63,995 nt of DNA, filler included, from Octopus bimaculoides (GCF_001194135.2; 6 parts of 5 records of this genome joined end to end with filler, not necessarily neighbours in it), one strand, 5' to 3'; positions 24,431 through 38,894 are shown, counted from the first letter of the whole stretch. Made by a program: numbers and translations. Notes: a model not told the origin generated them from the sequence alone.

Positions 24431-24929
24431 AGCATGTGTGTATATGTATATGTGTGTATGTGTGTATATGTGTATGTGTGTGTGTGTGTGTGTAATATAA
24501 TATGCGTATGTATGTGCACTGGAACGCTGTCGTTGTTAATATTCCATATTCAAAAGTCAAATTTTTTAATAGTACACGGTTATAAAAATAATATAATTCA
24601 TTTTTTCATCGTTTCACTCATAAAATTGGTTTTATCTATAAAAGTATCCAGGTTTGATGCTCTGTAACACCAATTGTTAATTTTCATGTTGTTTTTATAA
24701 TTATTTCTTTTTTCTTTTTTCTTTCTTCTTTTTTTTTTTGTTGTTGTTGATGACTGTCCGATTCAGAGCATAATCTCTGAGTATTTTGAGAGTATAAACA
24801 AATTCAAACATGAAATAATGAAAGATTAAAAATAGTTTCTTTTTTTATGGTCTTTCAAGCCTATTAACTCTTTGGAAATAAACTTTTTAATAAGGAATTT
24901 TAATAACTCCTTTTCATATCAGATCCTGC

Positions 24930-25110
24930 ATAATGTTCATGGTCGAACCTCAGTTCTAAGACATCAGACCAGTTGCTCGATATGTTTGTGCGTCATACTG
25001 CGAAAGCTGCAAGAGAAAATACCCCTTGGAAGATGAAGAAAACTAGAAACGGTTGCAGTTTTCAGCAAGATGATGAGCCTCTTTATTGTGTCCCTTCACT
25101 ATTCGATCCT
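24930..25110 (+). mobile_element. Possible Tc1/mariner transposase remnant
   Basis: Translates as PWKMKKTRNGCSFQQDDEPLY, resembling PW..FQQDxAPxH. This is a single motif only. Confidence 0.3.
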
Positions 25111-26705
25111 CAGTAACGTTAGCATAATAGTAAGTCGGAAAGCCAGCAGTATTTAGCACAACAATTAAAAACCTACTTCTGCCATGTACAGCCAAAAAAA
25201 CACCGATCATCATTGAAAACCTTGCACAGCTCATGGCTGTCAATGCGAACCCTAGCATGAGCTGCACCTGCAACATTGTCGAGAGCTTCTTTAGGCAACC
25301 AGCTATGACACCTAAGCCGAGAAGAATAGTCTTTTCTTATTGTTTCTGGTGGAGCAAGTGAAAGAGAAAAAAGCCGTTTTTGATCAGCTTAATTTTGAGA
25401 AGTTCGTTCACTGGTGTAGACTGATACTGCAGTGGCCTCACCTCCAATTAATTACTGGCCAGGCAGCTCATTATACTTATAAACTGCCAATCAGTCTTAC
25501 AACAACGGTCTTCCTTTGTGCAATATTGGTATTGTATTTAGATAGGAAGAGGTTCGGAAACAGGCTAGACTGAAAGTATGAGTGCACAATACTTTATAGA
25601 CTTGCATGTTAGGCTCTCGATAACATATTACAAGATTTCAGAATTAATATTAACACCATGGGCGATGTCACACTTCTGTTCTCAAATGAATTCAGTAAAG
25701 CTGCCCATGTACGCTTGCTGATGACTTGAGGCCATGTCTATGAGAATCCCATATTTAGAGACAAGAGATGAATTATGTCTTTCAACCAACTTAACATTTA
25801 CACTTAATAAAGTTGTCTCACCAGCCTAATTTGTTGAAGTTTTTTTTTTTTTCCTTAAATAGAGAGGATTTAAGACAGCTAACCAAGTTTCACACAATTT
25901 ATTAAACAAATTCAATGTTATAGCATGACATTTATATGCGGTGCTGCGCAGTGGAGTCGAACATAGAACCATACAGTTGTGCGAGCAAACTTTTTAGAAC
26001 TTCTTAAACATACAACCAAGTGTGTTGGGATTTGTGTGCATGTTAGTGTGTATTTCTATGATGTGTATGTGTAGTCATCATGTCTGTGTGTATTTATGAA
26101 TTACAAAATGAGGCGAGAATATCTGAGTAAGCCGTGTATTGCATAGAACAAGTTGCGCACACTATTCTTTGAAATTGCCTTCTATTCATGTTGAAATGAT
26201 CCTGACAACAAAGCCGTTGTACTTTCACATCAATAACGAAATGCAATCCGCTATACAAAATACAAAAGATATAATTTCCTTCTCAGGCCCCACGATATTT
26301 CGTATTTAGGAAGGATATAATTGCAAGTCACTCCCTAATGTATACAAGGTAGTTAGTTTATCGATGTCAGAGATATAAATAGCATATTCTAATCAATACA
26401 TTTATGAAATGCTTTAAAAAGTACGTATAGAGGTACACGCATATGTACATATATACACATACATCTTTGCATGCATATATGTTTGTATGTATACATGTTT
26501 GTATGTATATATGTATGTACATATGTGAGTGTGTATGTTTTTAGGTATGCATGTATTTATCTATCGATGTGAGTGTACGTAAAAGTTCTCTTCCAATTAT
26601 GTCATGTGCATCTAGAGCAGTCTAATGAAACAGTCTAATGACTGCAAAAAGTGAAAGGAAAAAGAAGTATATATATTTATATATATATATATACAAGGAC
26701 AAACA

Positions 26706-26802
<97 letters not shown>

Positions 26803-26977
26803 ATGTATACATTGTTTCTTTTATTTTATTAATATGCACACATGCATAAACAAACACACACGCATATAAATTTATGTATTTATATGTGTATGTATGTATG
26901 CAAGTACGTACGCATGTATGCATTTATGTATGTATGTAAATCTGAGTGCATGCATGTATATATGTGGGGAATATATA

Positions 26978-26984
26978 TATAGAG

Positions 26985-27068
<84 letters not shown>
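26978..27068 (+). repeat. (GATA)n microsatellite within a compound TA/TG/TATG tract (26670-27070)
   Basis: Read directly from the sequence. Confidence 0.95.
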
Positions 27069-27069
<1 letters not shown>

Positions 27070-27506
27070 TGAATATGCGTGCTTGAATATATGTATGCGT
27101 GTATGCGTACAGGTGTATATCATGTTATTACCTGTCGATATTTAATAAAATCAGGTTCATCAATAATTTCTAGACACTGATCTACTCTTTTCCTTTTTTC
27201 TGTTATTACGTTATCTTTGGTTTCAGCTTAAAACAAAGAATAAACCCCCTTTAGCTAATTTCTTTCTATGAATTTCTAGATTATTTTGAAAACTTATTTG
27301 TATATTTAATGGTTCGTTCTTTTCTCAACGGCAACACAAAATCCAAAAGCGAACAAAATCAATAAAATCGGAGCGCTACACGCAGTTTACTTACGATAAA
27401 ATCTAAAGTGTTTCGAAAGGGAAAAACAAGAGGAATGAGACAATTCTATAGAACTACTATACAACTACATTCGAATCTTTATCATACACCACTCAGCCGC
27501 ATGCAT

Positions 27507-27550
<44 letters not shown>

Positions 27551-27644
27551 GGTTGTATTTCGTCAGTTCTACACAGAATTCTTTAAACTACAACACTCTG
27601 TCGACTACTGTACACTCTATTGTTATATCATTTGGTACCTGAAC

Positions 27645-28330
27645 ATTGCCTCCTCCACCAACACCACCAAAGTCACCGCCTTCACCCTAACCACCTCTAC
27701 CACCATCACCAATATCACCAACGCGAACACCGTCCCCACCATTACTGTACCATCACCATCATCGTCGCCACCAGCACTACAGTAAAACCTATTAACAATA
27801 CCATCGTCACTACTATCGCCGTCAACAACACCAACACCATCATCACCACCACTGTTGCCATCACCACCATCACCAATGCTACTATCACTATCATCATCAT
27901 CATCACCATCTTCACCGACATCACCACTGTCGTCTCTAACATCACCCCAGCAACAACATTACCAGTATCACCGTCAACAACACCGTCACCACTATCTCCA
28001 CTGCCACCATACCCACCACCAGCCATCCCAACTACCGCCAGTACCACTACCACCTCCATCCTTACTACCACCGCCATCCCTACTACCCCCCCCCCAACAT
28101 CCCCACCACCGCCATCCCTAGTACCACCAACATCCCCTCCACCAACATCCCCTCCACCAGCATCCTCATCCCAACATCCTCATCCTAACATTCCCACTAG
28201 CAACATCCCCACTACCACCCCCATCATTGTCAAAACCACCACCACTGCCATCACCATTAAGACCCTCCCCGTCATCTCAACCATCATCACCACCACCTCC
28301 ACCACCACCACCACTACCAATCCCCCTTCA
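27645..28330 (+). repeat. Cryptic trinucleotide low-complexity tract (CAC/CAT/ACC)
   Basis: Interspersed CAC, CAT and AAC triplets. These generate overlapping T/P/H-rich ORFs in several frames. Confidence 0.85.
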
Positions 28331-29770
28331 CCAGTGCTACCTTCAGCATCATTGACGGCTCTGTTTTTTTTTTTTTCCAAACATATTGATGCCGAGTCTT
28401 TTACAATTGTTCCCTCAATGAACGCCTGTGAATGGAAAAGACATGCGCAACGCGTCAATGATTTGTGATTAGAAAGACATTGAACACTAACAATATTGCT
28501 CTGGCTTCTCATTACAAACAAGAAACTTTGACCTTGTTTATCTTTATTTCTCTCTCTCCCTCTCCCTTCCCCCCTCTCTCTCCCTCTTTCTTTTTACCGC
28601 TCTGATTCATTTCTCTTTTTTTAATTTTTTTTCTAGTGTTTTCCTTCATATATTTAAAGTTGCCAAAATCAACCACAGTTGCACAGCACATTTTAATGTT
28701 AAGAAAAACCGGCAAAGGAAATGCTTTTATTAGAAAGAGCGGAATAGCTATGAAACCAGAATAAAATTTGGTTTAAGCTGCATAAAAACAGGAGCAATTT
28801 TACTCAATCCTTATTGACTAAATCTATCTTACGTCACAGTTACGACAGTGCGGCGCCATTTACATGTGCATGCATAGGCCACACTTGAAGACATCATATA
28901 TACATGTATATATGTATGTATAAATCTATCATACATATATATATATAAATGCATACATATATATGTGTATATATGTATATATGCATATATATATGCATAT
29001 ACATACACATATATATATGTATGTATACATATATATAAATATATGCACATATGTACTTGTATACATTATATATGTGTGTATATATACACACATGCGTGTG
29101 AGTGTGTGTGGGCGGGGGGGGGNNNNNNNNNNNNNNNNNNNNNNNNNNNNNNNNNNNNNNNNNNNNTTAATTAATTAANNNNNNNNNNNNNNNNNNNNNN
29201 NNNNNNNNNNNNNNNNNNNNNNATATATATATATAAATGCATGTGTCTGTATGTATGTGTGTATGTATATACGTATGTGTGTATGTACGTACGTATGTAT
29301 CTATGTATGTATACATGCATGATGTATGTATGTATGTATGTATGTATGCATGTACATATATATATGCGAATGGGCGGCCTGTGTCTGTATTCATATCTGC
29401 GTTGCTAAACAGCCAATGGTACATTGTACATGAGATATCTCCTTTGAAAAACACATTAAATAATTTTTATTTATGTTTTATAAATTTTTCATAGAAAAGA
29501 AATAGATGAGATTCACCCTTCCTCCTATGTATATTCTCCCTGTCTCTTCCCCTCGCTTTTCCCTCTCCTATATATATTTACACAGACGTATACATTACAA
29601 ACCACGTACCCGTTCACTGACATATATGTTTGTGTATGTGTATGTGTATGTGTGTGTTTGTGTATATGCATACATCAATAAGTTCATTACTTTAGACATA
29701 TGCTTGCGAATAACTGTATATATACATATTTATACATATGCATATATAAACATATAATACACACACACAT

Positions 29771-29810
<40 letters not shown>

Positions 29811-30913
29811 NNNNNNNNNNNNNNNNNNNNNNNNNNNNNNNNNNNNNNNNNNNNNNNNNNNNNNNNNNNNNNNNNNNNNNNNNNNNNNNNNNNNNNNNNN
29901 NNNNNNNNNNNNNNNNNNNNNNNNNNNNNNNNNNNNNNNNNNNNNNNNNNNNNNNNNNNNNNNNNNNNNNNNNNNNNNNNNNNNNNNNNNNNNNNNNNNN
30001 NNNNNNNNNNNNNNNNNNNNNNNNNNNNNNNNNNNNNNNNNNNNNNNNNNNNNNNNNNNNNNNNNNNNNNNNNNNNNNNNNNNNNNNNNNNNNNNNNNNN
30101 NNNNNNNNNNNNNNNNNNNNNNNNNNNNNNNNNNNNNNNNNNNNNNNNNNNNNNNNNNNNNNNNNNNNNNNNNNNNNNNNNNNNNNNNNNNNNNNNNNNN
30201 NNNNNNNNNNNNNNNNNNNNNNNNNNNNNNNNNNNNNNNNNNNNNNNNNNNNNNNNNNNNNNNNNNNNNNNNNNNNNNNNNNNNNNNNNNNNNNNNNNNN
30301 NNNNNNNNNNNNNNNNNNNNNNNNNNNNNTATATATATATATATATATATCCTTCTATCTATAATCATTAATGGACTTAGGAACTTCATTGTTCCAAACT
30401 AAACATAAAAGAAAAATAAGCAAATAAAAAAATATCATTAATAGAATGTATTAAAATGAAACATAGTTGTGTCTTAGGTGTAATGATATAAATATAAATA
30501 TATTGGGCATTAATAATATGTCGTCTATGAAAGTTTCTTTAACATTTACTATATTGCTGAGGCATGCGAATATGTGGATGGAATGTAAATCTGCTCTTAA
30601 AATATGAGGACGAGTGTTCAATTGTTATTCTATGAATAAAATGTGAATCGCAATGAGGGTTATGTGAATCAGCGATAATAGGTGCCTGAGTCTGAAATGA
30701 CCATTTAGTGTTTGCCCTCACACACGAACGCACACTCGCACGCATATATTTTATATCTTATTTGTTCCATTCATATGGCTGCGGCAATGCTGGGTCATCA
30801 CTTTGAAGGATGTTGCAGCATGACCGAGCATCTACACACACACACACATACACACACACACACACACACACATATACATACACACAATCTCTCACATACA
30901 CGCGCAAACACAA

Positions 30914-31169
30914 GAAAAATATACTTTCTTTTTCTCCAAAGAAATATATACTAGAACTTGTAAACTGAGAAAGAGCTAGAAAGAACTGGAAAGAAACCTG
31001 GATGCTGCAGCATCGGCGGGCGCACACACACACACACACATACAGACACACACACACATACATACAGACACATGCATACACGAAAAATATACTTTCTTTT
31101 TCTCTCAAGAAATACATACTAGAACCTGTAAACTAGGAAAGAGCTAGAGAGCGTTGGGAGAAACCTGGA
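30914..31169 (+). repeat. About 89-bp direct repeat with 168-bp period
   Basis: GAAAAATATACTTTCTTTTTCTC..CTAGAAC..GAAAGAGCTAGA..GAAACCTGGA at 30914-31002 and 31082-31169. Confidence 0.85.
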
Positions 31170-32010
31170 GCGGAGAGCGCATGTCCGTGAGTTCGCAGAT
31201 GGCGACAAAAGAACATTGAAAAAAACCAAAGTAATTGATTGTTTGACCGAGCTATTAATCATACAATCGATTAACTAATTGGTTAAGTATTTAACCAATA
31301 GAAAAATAAAACTGGTCCCTGTGCTTATTATTAGTGTAACGGTCCTCTCAAGGTACAGCAGAAAACGCAAAACGTATATTTTAGAGTGAAATGTAAATGC
31401 TATTGCGAATTTTAAATAATACTTTGAGAGTAAAATGGTACTATGTTTGTGACTGCTGATGTATATGATGCGGTGTCAAATGTACGAATAATATATTGAA
31501 TCTGCGTGCAACAATATCAGTGAATGCAAAATGCGAATATGAGGTTTTAGTTTGAGCACGTGTGATAAACGATTTTAAATGTACGTTGATGGTAGCTACA
31601 ATAAACTGTTGTTGTTGCTGCTGTCGTTCGTGTGGCTGTTAATATTTCATTTCGGATTTTCAATGATTAGCAGATGAACGACCATCTTTTGATACAGACA
31701 CAACGCAGGCTGCGCTTTCAGGTTTTTTGGATAAAGTTTTCAGAAATAATCCAATAAGTTTACTATTAATTCAGTGAAATACTCACGTGTCCCGCTAGTT
31801 ATATATAATTGTATTTCTTCCTAGTGGATAGAATATAATTAAATACACATCCTTTATATGTGTATTTGAATATCTTTACTGAGCTTCAGTACAACGTAGA
31901 ACTATTCATAGTTTACAGTCTCTAGTAATAGCTTTTAAACTTTAGTTAAATATGCCTTATAAATGTTTTTGCAATGGCTCTATAATTATCTTTCACTATT
32001 TACCTAGTTG

Positions 32011-32225
32011 AAGGCAGCGAGCTGGCAGAATCATTAGAGCGCCAGGCGAAATTCTTAGCGGTATTTCGTCCGTCTTCACGTTCTGAGTTCAAATTCTGCC
32101 GAGGTCGACTTTGCCTTTCATCCTTTCGGGGTCGAGAGATTAATTACTAGTGAAACACTGGGGTCAATTACATCGACTATCCACCTCCTCCAAATATCTA
32201 GCCCTGTTCTTCTAGTACAAAGGAT
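32011..32225 (+). mobile_element. SINE family A, type-1 tail, 10-bp TSD
   Basis: Head, B-box and core are clear. TSD TATTTACCTA at 31997-32006 and 32226-32235. Confidence 0.9.
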
Positions 32226-33099
32226 TATTTACCTATTTCAGACATTTGGCTGCGGCCATACTAGGGTTATACATTGATGAGCTCGAAAAAGTTGCCACGT
32301 TATTTAGTTATTTGTTCATTGGCCGGGAAACTATTCTACTGCTCCTTTTTGCCGAACCGATCATACAGAGGGGCATGAACAAACCAAAATCGCTTGCCAA
32401 ACCTTGAAAGGACAATCAGGAAAGCACACAAACATATTTACATACACATATTTCTTTCTCTCCATCTCTCTCTGTCTATCTATCTATTTATCTATCTATT
32501 TATTTATCTATCTATTTATCTATGTATCTACTCTATCTATCTATCTATCTGTATGTATGTATGTATGTATGATGTATGTATGCATGCATGCGTGTATGTA
32601 TAACGCGAAACCATGTTATTACAAGACGTGAATCTAACGACAAAGGCATGTCTATGCGTAATTGCCGGTTTTCCTCATTCTCACACGTAGAATAATTACT
32701 TCATCGTTTTGGTTAGGTTTTATTTTCTACAGCAATACTTTTCCCATACTTTCACATTCCACCCGTTCCATTCTTACTTAAGTATTGAAATTATTGATAC
32801 ACTGCTATTCTATATAGACAGAACTTTCGATTCCTTAAATGTGTGTAGGTGTATGTATGTCTTTATCAGTAAACACACACACACAAACACGCATATATGC
32901 TTATGTATCTGGGTGTATTAATGATGTATGTAGTTTTCTCAAGCTTTTTGGCAGACCCGATTCACTCTGCAAGTCACAATATTTACACCTCACAGATTTT
33001 AATAAATAAGTTTAATCGATTACTGTCAGCACCAGAATCACCACCAATATTTCTTTCATTATCATCCCAATATACTTTCGTTCTGTCATTGTTGGTGTT

Positions 33100-33308
<209 letters not shown>

Positions 33309-34090
33309 NNNNNNNNNNNNNNNNNNNNNNNNNNNNNNNNNNNNNNNNNNNNNNNNNNNNNNNNNNNNNNNNNNNNNNNNNNNNNNNNNNNNNNNNNNNN
33401 NNNNNNNNNNNNNNNNNNNNNNNNNNNNNNNNNNNNNNNNNNNNNNNNNNNNNNNNNNNNNNNNNNNNNNNNNNNNNNNNNNNNNNNNNNNNNNNNNNNN
33501 NNNNNNNNNNNNNNNNNNNNNNNNNNNNNNNNNNNNNNNNNNNNNNNNNNNNNNNNNNNNNNNNNNNNNNNNNNNNNNNNNNNNNNNNNNNNNNNNNNNN
33601 NNNNNNNNNNNNNNNNNNNNNNNNNNNNNNNNNNNNNNNNNNNNNNNNNNNNNNNNNNNNNNNNNNNNNNNNNNNNNNNNNNNNNNNNNNNNNNNNNNNN
33701 NNNNNNNNNNNNNNNNNNNNNNNNNNNNNNNNNNNNNNNNNNNNNNNNNNNNNNNNNNNNNNNNNNNNNNNNNNNNNNNNNNNNNNNNNNNNNNNNNNNN
33801 NNNNNNNNNNNNNNNNNNNNNNNNNNNNNNNNNNNNNNNNNNNNNNNNNNNNNNNNNNNNNNNNNNNNNNNNNNNNNNNNNNNNNNNNNNNNNNNNNNNN
33901 NNNNNNNNNNNNNNNNNNNNNNNNNNNNNNNNNNNNNNNNNNNNNNNNNNNNNNNNNNNNNNNNNNNNNNNNNNNNNNNNNNNNNNNNNNNNNNNNNNNN
34001 NNNNNNNNNNNNNNNNNNNNNNNNNNNNNNNGGTAGACATATAATGATAGATGCATTGACAGGCAGAAAGACAGAGTTAGAGAGAGAGAT

Positions 34091-34149
<59 letters not shown>

Positions 34150-35076
34150 CAGATAAATAGATAGAATCAAATACAGATACGGATAGTTTTGTTATAGGAT
34201 AGAAGTTGTATGAAGAAGATAAGATGGTGCTTATACAAGAGGCTTATAATAATGATTGAAAGTTGATAACTTTACTAACTGTTATTCGATTTCATGTTTC
34301 TTATCCTATAATAATGGTGATATGAAGAGGAACATCCCGTATTTATAATATTTGACAATAGAAATGGAAAAAATTCTCATAGGAAAGTCGAAACGTACTT
34401 CAAAACATTTTTTGGAAGGATGTGCATAGGAATGTTTAAATCTGATCCAATCAAGGTTTGGCTTTGACTGGATACTGCAATAGAGAGCTTGTTTTCCATA
34501 CAAGACGATGTGCTTATGTTGTGATGTGTAAGTTCTTTTTGCCTTTTTTTTTTTCAAATGACAGGACATACAAATAAAAGATGCGGAAAATATTCTATGA
34601 ATTGAGTTCAGTGGATGTATAGCTTTAGGGAATATTTTAACTGAAAACTTGTGTCTATATGATATAATCCATCGATGATACATCAATAAGGAATAACGAT
34701 TTATATCAATATAGAAAATACGAAAATTGAAGATTGGTTGAACATATCGGGTAAAGAACCCATGAACAATAATTGCAGGGTATAACAGCATGTGCGTGTG
34801 CATACTATCAGTTAGTTTTTTTTAAAGACTTTTTTGGATGGAGAAGAGTCGGGTTCTAACCTACATCCACAGCAACCCCAATGGAATTTCAGCATCATCA
34901 ACACAGTAGTTGTGCATGTGTATGTGCATAAATATTGGGAGCCAGTATATGTGCAGGTCTCAGTTTTGCTATCTGTTTGCATTCATGTATGTGCCTCACT
35001 TTCTCATTCTTTCGTCTCTCTCTCACTCACGTCTCTCTCGTTTCTCTCTCCTTCCTCTTCTCTCATATCTCTCCTC

Positions 35077-35138
<62 letters not shown>

Positions 35139-35432
35139 AATGCATATATATATGTGTGCGTATATATATATATACATATGTGTGTATCTATGTATATAAT
35201 ATATAATATANNNNNNNNNNNNNNNNNNNNNNNNNNNNNNNNNNNNNNNNNNNNTTAATTAATTAANNNNNNNNNNNNNNNNNNNNNNNNNNNNNNNNNN
35301 NNNNNNNNNNATGTATGTATGTATGTATGTATGAATGTATGTATGTTATGTAGGTAGGTAGGTATGTGTGTATGTATGTATGTAGGTAGGTAGGTAGGTA
35401 GGTACGTACGTACGTACGCATTTTTATCTGTC

Positions 35433-35745
35433 ATCTTTTACTTGTTTCAGTCGTTAGACTGTGACCATGATGGGCCACAAACCCGAAGGGTTTTCCTCGA
35501 CGGAATCGATTCCAAAAACTTGGTTTTTAAAAACTTGCTTCTTAGGCTTTAAGTCACTTTCCGAACCACAAAGTTACAGGGTTATAAACAAACCTACACC
35601 GGTAGTGGAGGAGCAAATAAATCTATTCACAAGGTTTTGGTTAGCCAGGCTACGGAAGAAAACACTTGCCCAAGGTGCCAGGTTGTGAGACAGAACTTAG
35701 AAACATGTGGAAAGCGAACTTCTTACCACTCAGCAACGCCTGTGC
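35433..35745 (-). mobile_element. SINE family B (diverged)
   Basis: ACTTGTTTCAGTC tail and ACACTTGCCCAAGGTGCC CORE-like segment on the minus strand. Confidence 0.75.
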
Positions 35746-35863
35746 CATAACACAGACACACAGAGACACGAATACAGACAGACACACATATACATAGCCA
35801 CACAGACGCACACGCACATACACACACACACACACACACACAAACACATACACACATACACAT

Positions 35864-36014
35864 GAGTGGCTGTGTGGTAAGTAGCTTGCTTACCAGCCAC
35901 ATTGAGCCGGGTTCCGTCCCAGTACCATGGGCAAGTGTTTTCTACTATAACCTCGGGCCGACCAAAGACTTGTGAGTGGATTTGGTAGACGGAAACTGAA
36001 AGAAACTCGTCGTC

Positions 36015-36048
<34 letters not shown>

Positions 36049-36540
36049 CAGATATATATATATATATATATCTTCGAAACGCCGGTGCTAAAACGGGGGT
36101 AGCTGATGAAGGAGAATGTTCTCTATGTGACTTGTGTGTTTTCTTGTCTACGTTTTGTTTGCAATGTCCTGTACCCAGATATGCACCTATACATACAGGT
36201 GGATGTCGGTATGCACATACCTGTACGTATATATGCATATACTCATTTAGTATTTNNNNNNNNNNNNNNNNNNTATATATATATATATATATATGCACAC
36301 ACAGATATATATATATATATATATCTGTTTGTGTGTGTGTGTGTGTGTTTGTGTATGTGTGTATGTTTGTATGTCTGTGTTTGTCCCATCATCACTGGAC
36401 AACCGATGTTGGTGTGTTTACATCCCCGTAACTTAGCGGTTCGGCATACGAGACCGATAGAATAAGTACTAGACTTACAAAGAATAAGGCGGTGCTCCAG
36501 CATGGCCGCAGTAGAATGACTGAAATCAATGGGAAGAATA
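35864..36540 (+). mobile_element. SINE family B, interrupted by an insertion in its internal (TA)n
   Basis: Head GAGTGGCTGTGTGGTAAG..CGGGCCGACCAAAG (35864-36014). The 3' half resumes at about 36326 and runs to GACTGAAA. Confidence 0.85.
36074..36255 (+). mobile_element. Short insertion resembling a PLE terminal repeat, carrying hammerhead-core motifs
   Basis: Flanked by a duplicated ATATATGCACACACAGATAT..ATCT (about 36035-36073 and 36288-36326). Contains GAAA and CTGATGA. Confidence 0.45.
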
Positions 36541-36559
36541 ATAAAACAATATATATATA

Positions 36560-37432
36560 CAGGGTGCGGTGATTAAACTGTCGTCTAAATTACGAGAAAA
36601 TGAAAATAACACTGACATCCCATTTTAACAGATATATTTACCAAAATTACAGAAAAATATCTTGAAATATTACAGATAAAATTTATTCAATAAAATCGCC
36701 ATTGACTTTGATCCCTGTCTCCAGACAAACTTGGAATCTTCTGCAACTCTTCTAGACAGTCTCCTTGTTTATGTTGGTGAAAACTGCCATAATCCTTGCC
36801 TTCAGTTCATCTTTGGTGTTACAAGGAATTTTGATGGTCTCTCGCTCAACTGCACCGCACACATAATAATCTAGGGGGTTGGAGTCTGGGGAGTTAGGTG
36901 GCCAGAGGTTAGAGGTGACGTGGTCGCAGAAAGTGTCTGACAGTCATGACTGGTTTTTCCTGCTTATGTGGCATGGTTCAGAGTCTTGTTGTCAGACATA
37001 GGGACTTTTAGCAGCCACCTTCTTGACCCGAGACAGCACTACCTCCTCCAGGCACTTGATGTCGGCCTCCATGTTGAGTGTGATGCCGGGTGGGAAGATA
37101 AACAGAAGCATAACATCGCCATCCCTAGTGATCACTACAAACACCATGATGTTGCCTGGCTGTTTGATTTTTATCCTTCTTGGTACATGTCCTCAGACTG
37201 ACACCCAAACATTCTGAAATGCTTGTATTGGAGATTCCGGCACGAATGCCAAGCAGTACAGCATGTCGATTCCAAATTTCTGGCAGAGTGAAATGTATTA
37301 TGGTACCGTTTTCTCGCAGACTGTGCCCAAGTGTTCCTACTATACTGTGTAGTCGACAAATTCAAAAACAAACAATGCGCATGCGCGAAATTAAAAATAT
37401 AAGATGGCGACAATTTACAACATCGCACGCTG
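36560..37432 (-). mobile_element. maT-family (DD37D) Tc1/mariner element, internally deleted
   Basis: TA TSDs and imperfect TIRs CAGGGTGCGGTG..AAACTGTCGTC / GGCGACAATTT..CGCACGCTG. The minus strand reads QQDSEPCH..WPPNSPDSNPLDY, with 37 residues between the last two D. Confidence 0.88.
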
Positions 37433-37517
37433 TATATATATATATACATACATAATACATACATACAGACAGACAGACGGACAGACAGACAGACGGACAG
37501 ACAGACATACAAACATA

Positions 37518-37745
37518 TTGGGTTGTCCGGAAAGTTCGTGCCGATTTATAGTAGCTTACCTTTCGACTTATTTGCCATGAAACCACCTCAATTCTGGGAA
37601 GAGGGTATTTTCAAGTTAAAGGAAAGGTGGAGATGCATTGAGCAACAAAATGGTTCATATTTGGTTCATTAGAAATGTAATGGTATGTATTTATTGACCT
37701 TTTTCATTCCTTTAAAAATCGGCACGAACTTTCCAGACAACCCAA
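37518..37745 (+). mobile_element. Mariner deletion derivative (228 bp) with near-perfect TIRs
   Basis: TA TSD and TIRs TTGGGTTGTCCGGAAAGTTCGTGCCGATTT / AAATCGGCACGAACTTTCCAGACAACCCAA. Keeps the C-terminal peptide FWEEGIFKLKERWRCIEQQNGSY. Confidence 0.92.
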
Positions 37746-38174
37746 TACAATGAGTTTCTTTCAGTTTCCGTCAACCACTGCCAAGTCCACTAAATAAGCT
37801 TTATAAGACGCATGTCCAAGGTGCCTCGCAGTAGGATTGAACTCGGAAACATGTGGTTATGTACTAACCCTAAATGCTCACACACGTACAATGCAGTCAC
37901 AAATACATACCGTAAAAGAATTATAGTAGACACAATGCTACAATATGTGCAGTATAAGTAAAATATAGTTACTTCGATTATTTCTTTTGAACCATATTTA
38001 CAATAGGGAAAGAATTATTACTTGGGTATTCTATTCTCCGTGTGTTCAGGCATTTCTCGTATTCTTTTATAACTATTTTACTTATCAATATACGACTATC
38101 TGAGCAGACTGCATAGTTTACGGTGAATATCATGGTGGCTGGCGGTGGAGGCCGTTCTGAATCAAGATACACGT

Positions 38175-38419
38175 ATTTTACTTGTTTCAGCTGTTAGAAT
38201 TTTTAATCGAGTCAATCGACTCCAGTAAACTTATTTTAAATCTAGTACTTATTCTATATGTGTATTTTGCTGAACTTTTAAGTTACGGGAACACCAGTTG
38301 TCAAGCGGTGGTGGATGACAATACACACAGACAAACACACATGCACAAATACATACACACACATAATTACATACATGTGTGTGTGTGTGCGTGCGTGTGT
38401 GCGTGCGTGTGTGCGTGCA

Positions 38420-38480
<61 letters not shown>

Positions 38481-38590
38481 GTGTTTGGTCGGCCCGATGC
38501 TGTAGTAGAAGACACATGTCCAAGGTGACACGCAGTGGGACTGAACCCGGGACTATGTGTTTGGGGAGCAAACATCTTATCACACAGCCG
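38175..38590 (-). mobile_element. SINE family B with an expanded internal (TG)n; a second head fragment lies at 37753-37860
   Basis: TTGGTCGGCCCGA..GAAGACAC..CCAAGGTG..CGCAGTGGGACTGAACCCGG..CACACAGCC is the reverse complement of the family B head. Confidence 0.85.
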
Positions 38591-38894
38591 CGCTTGTGCA
38601 TTTGATTAAAAGCCGAGCACATCTTAACTTTTATGTTAATCTGGGAGTGCATTATCCTATGTGTCGATCATTTTAAGAAAATAGATTCTATTTGAGGAAG
38701 TTGGCTGCTGTTTCTAGCAGACCGAGCAACAAATAAGATGCTCTGCTTTGGCTTAGTATAGAGTTTGTTTTGTATACATTGTATGTGTGTGACAAAACTC
38801 GTCGCAAAAAAAAAATCCTCAGACATGTAGATAATTCCTTCATATCACGGAAAGAAGCTTTTATATTACCCTTTTTTACTTTTTGTTTTTGTGT

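Noticed and set aside
25700-25745. LADD-like RT motif
   Set aside because: A single short motif with no flanking RT similarity.
27620-28468. 282-aa Thr/Pro-rich, mucin-like ORF
   Set aside because: It lies on a cryptic CAC/CAT/ACC repeat that is open in several frames on both strands, with no domain or splice support.
34306-34803. 165-aa minus-strand ORF in non-repetitive AT-rich DNA
   Set aside because: No recognisable motif, and it runs through a poly-T/A tract. It cannot be supported without homology or RNA data.
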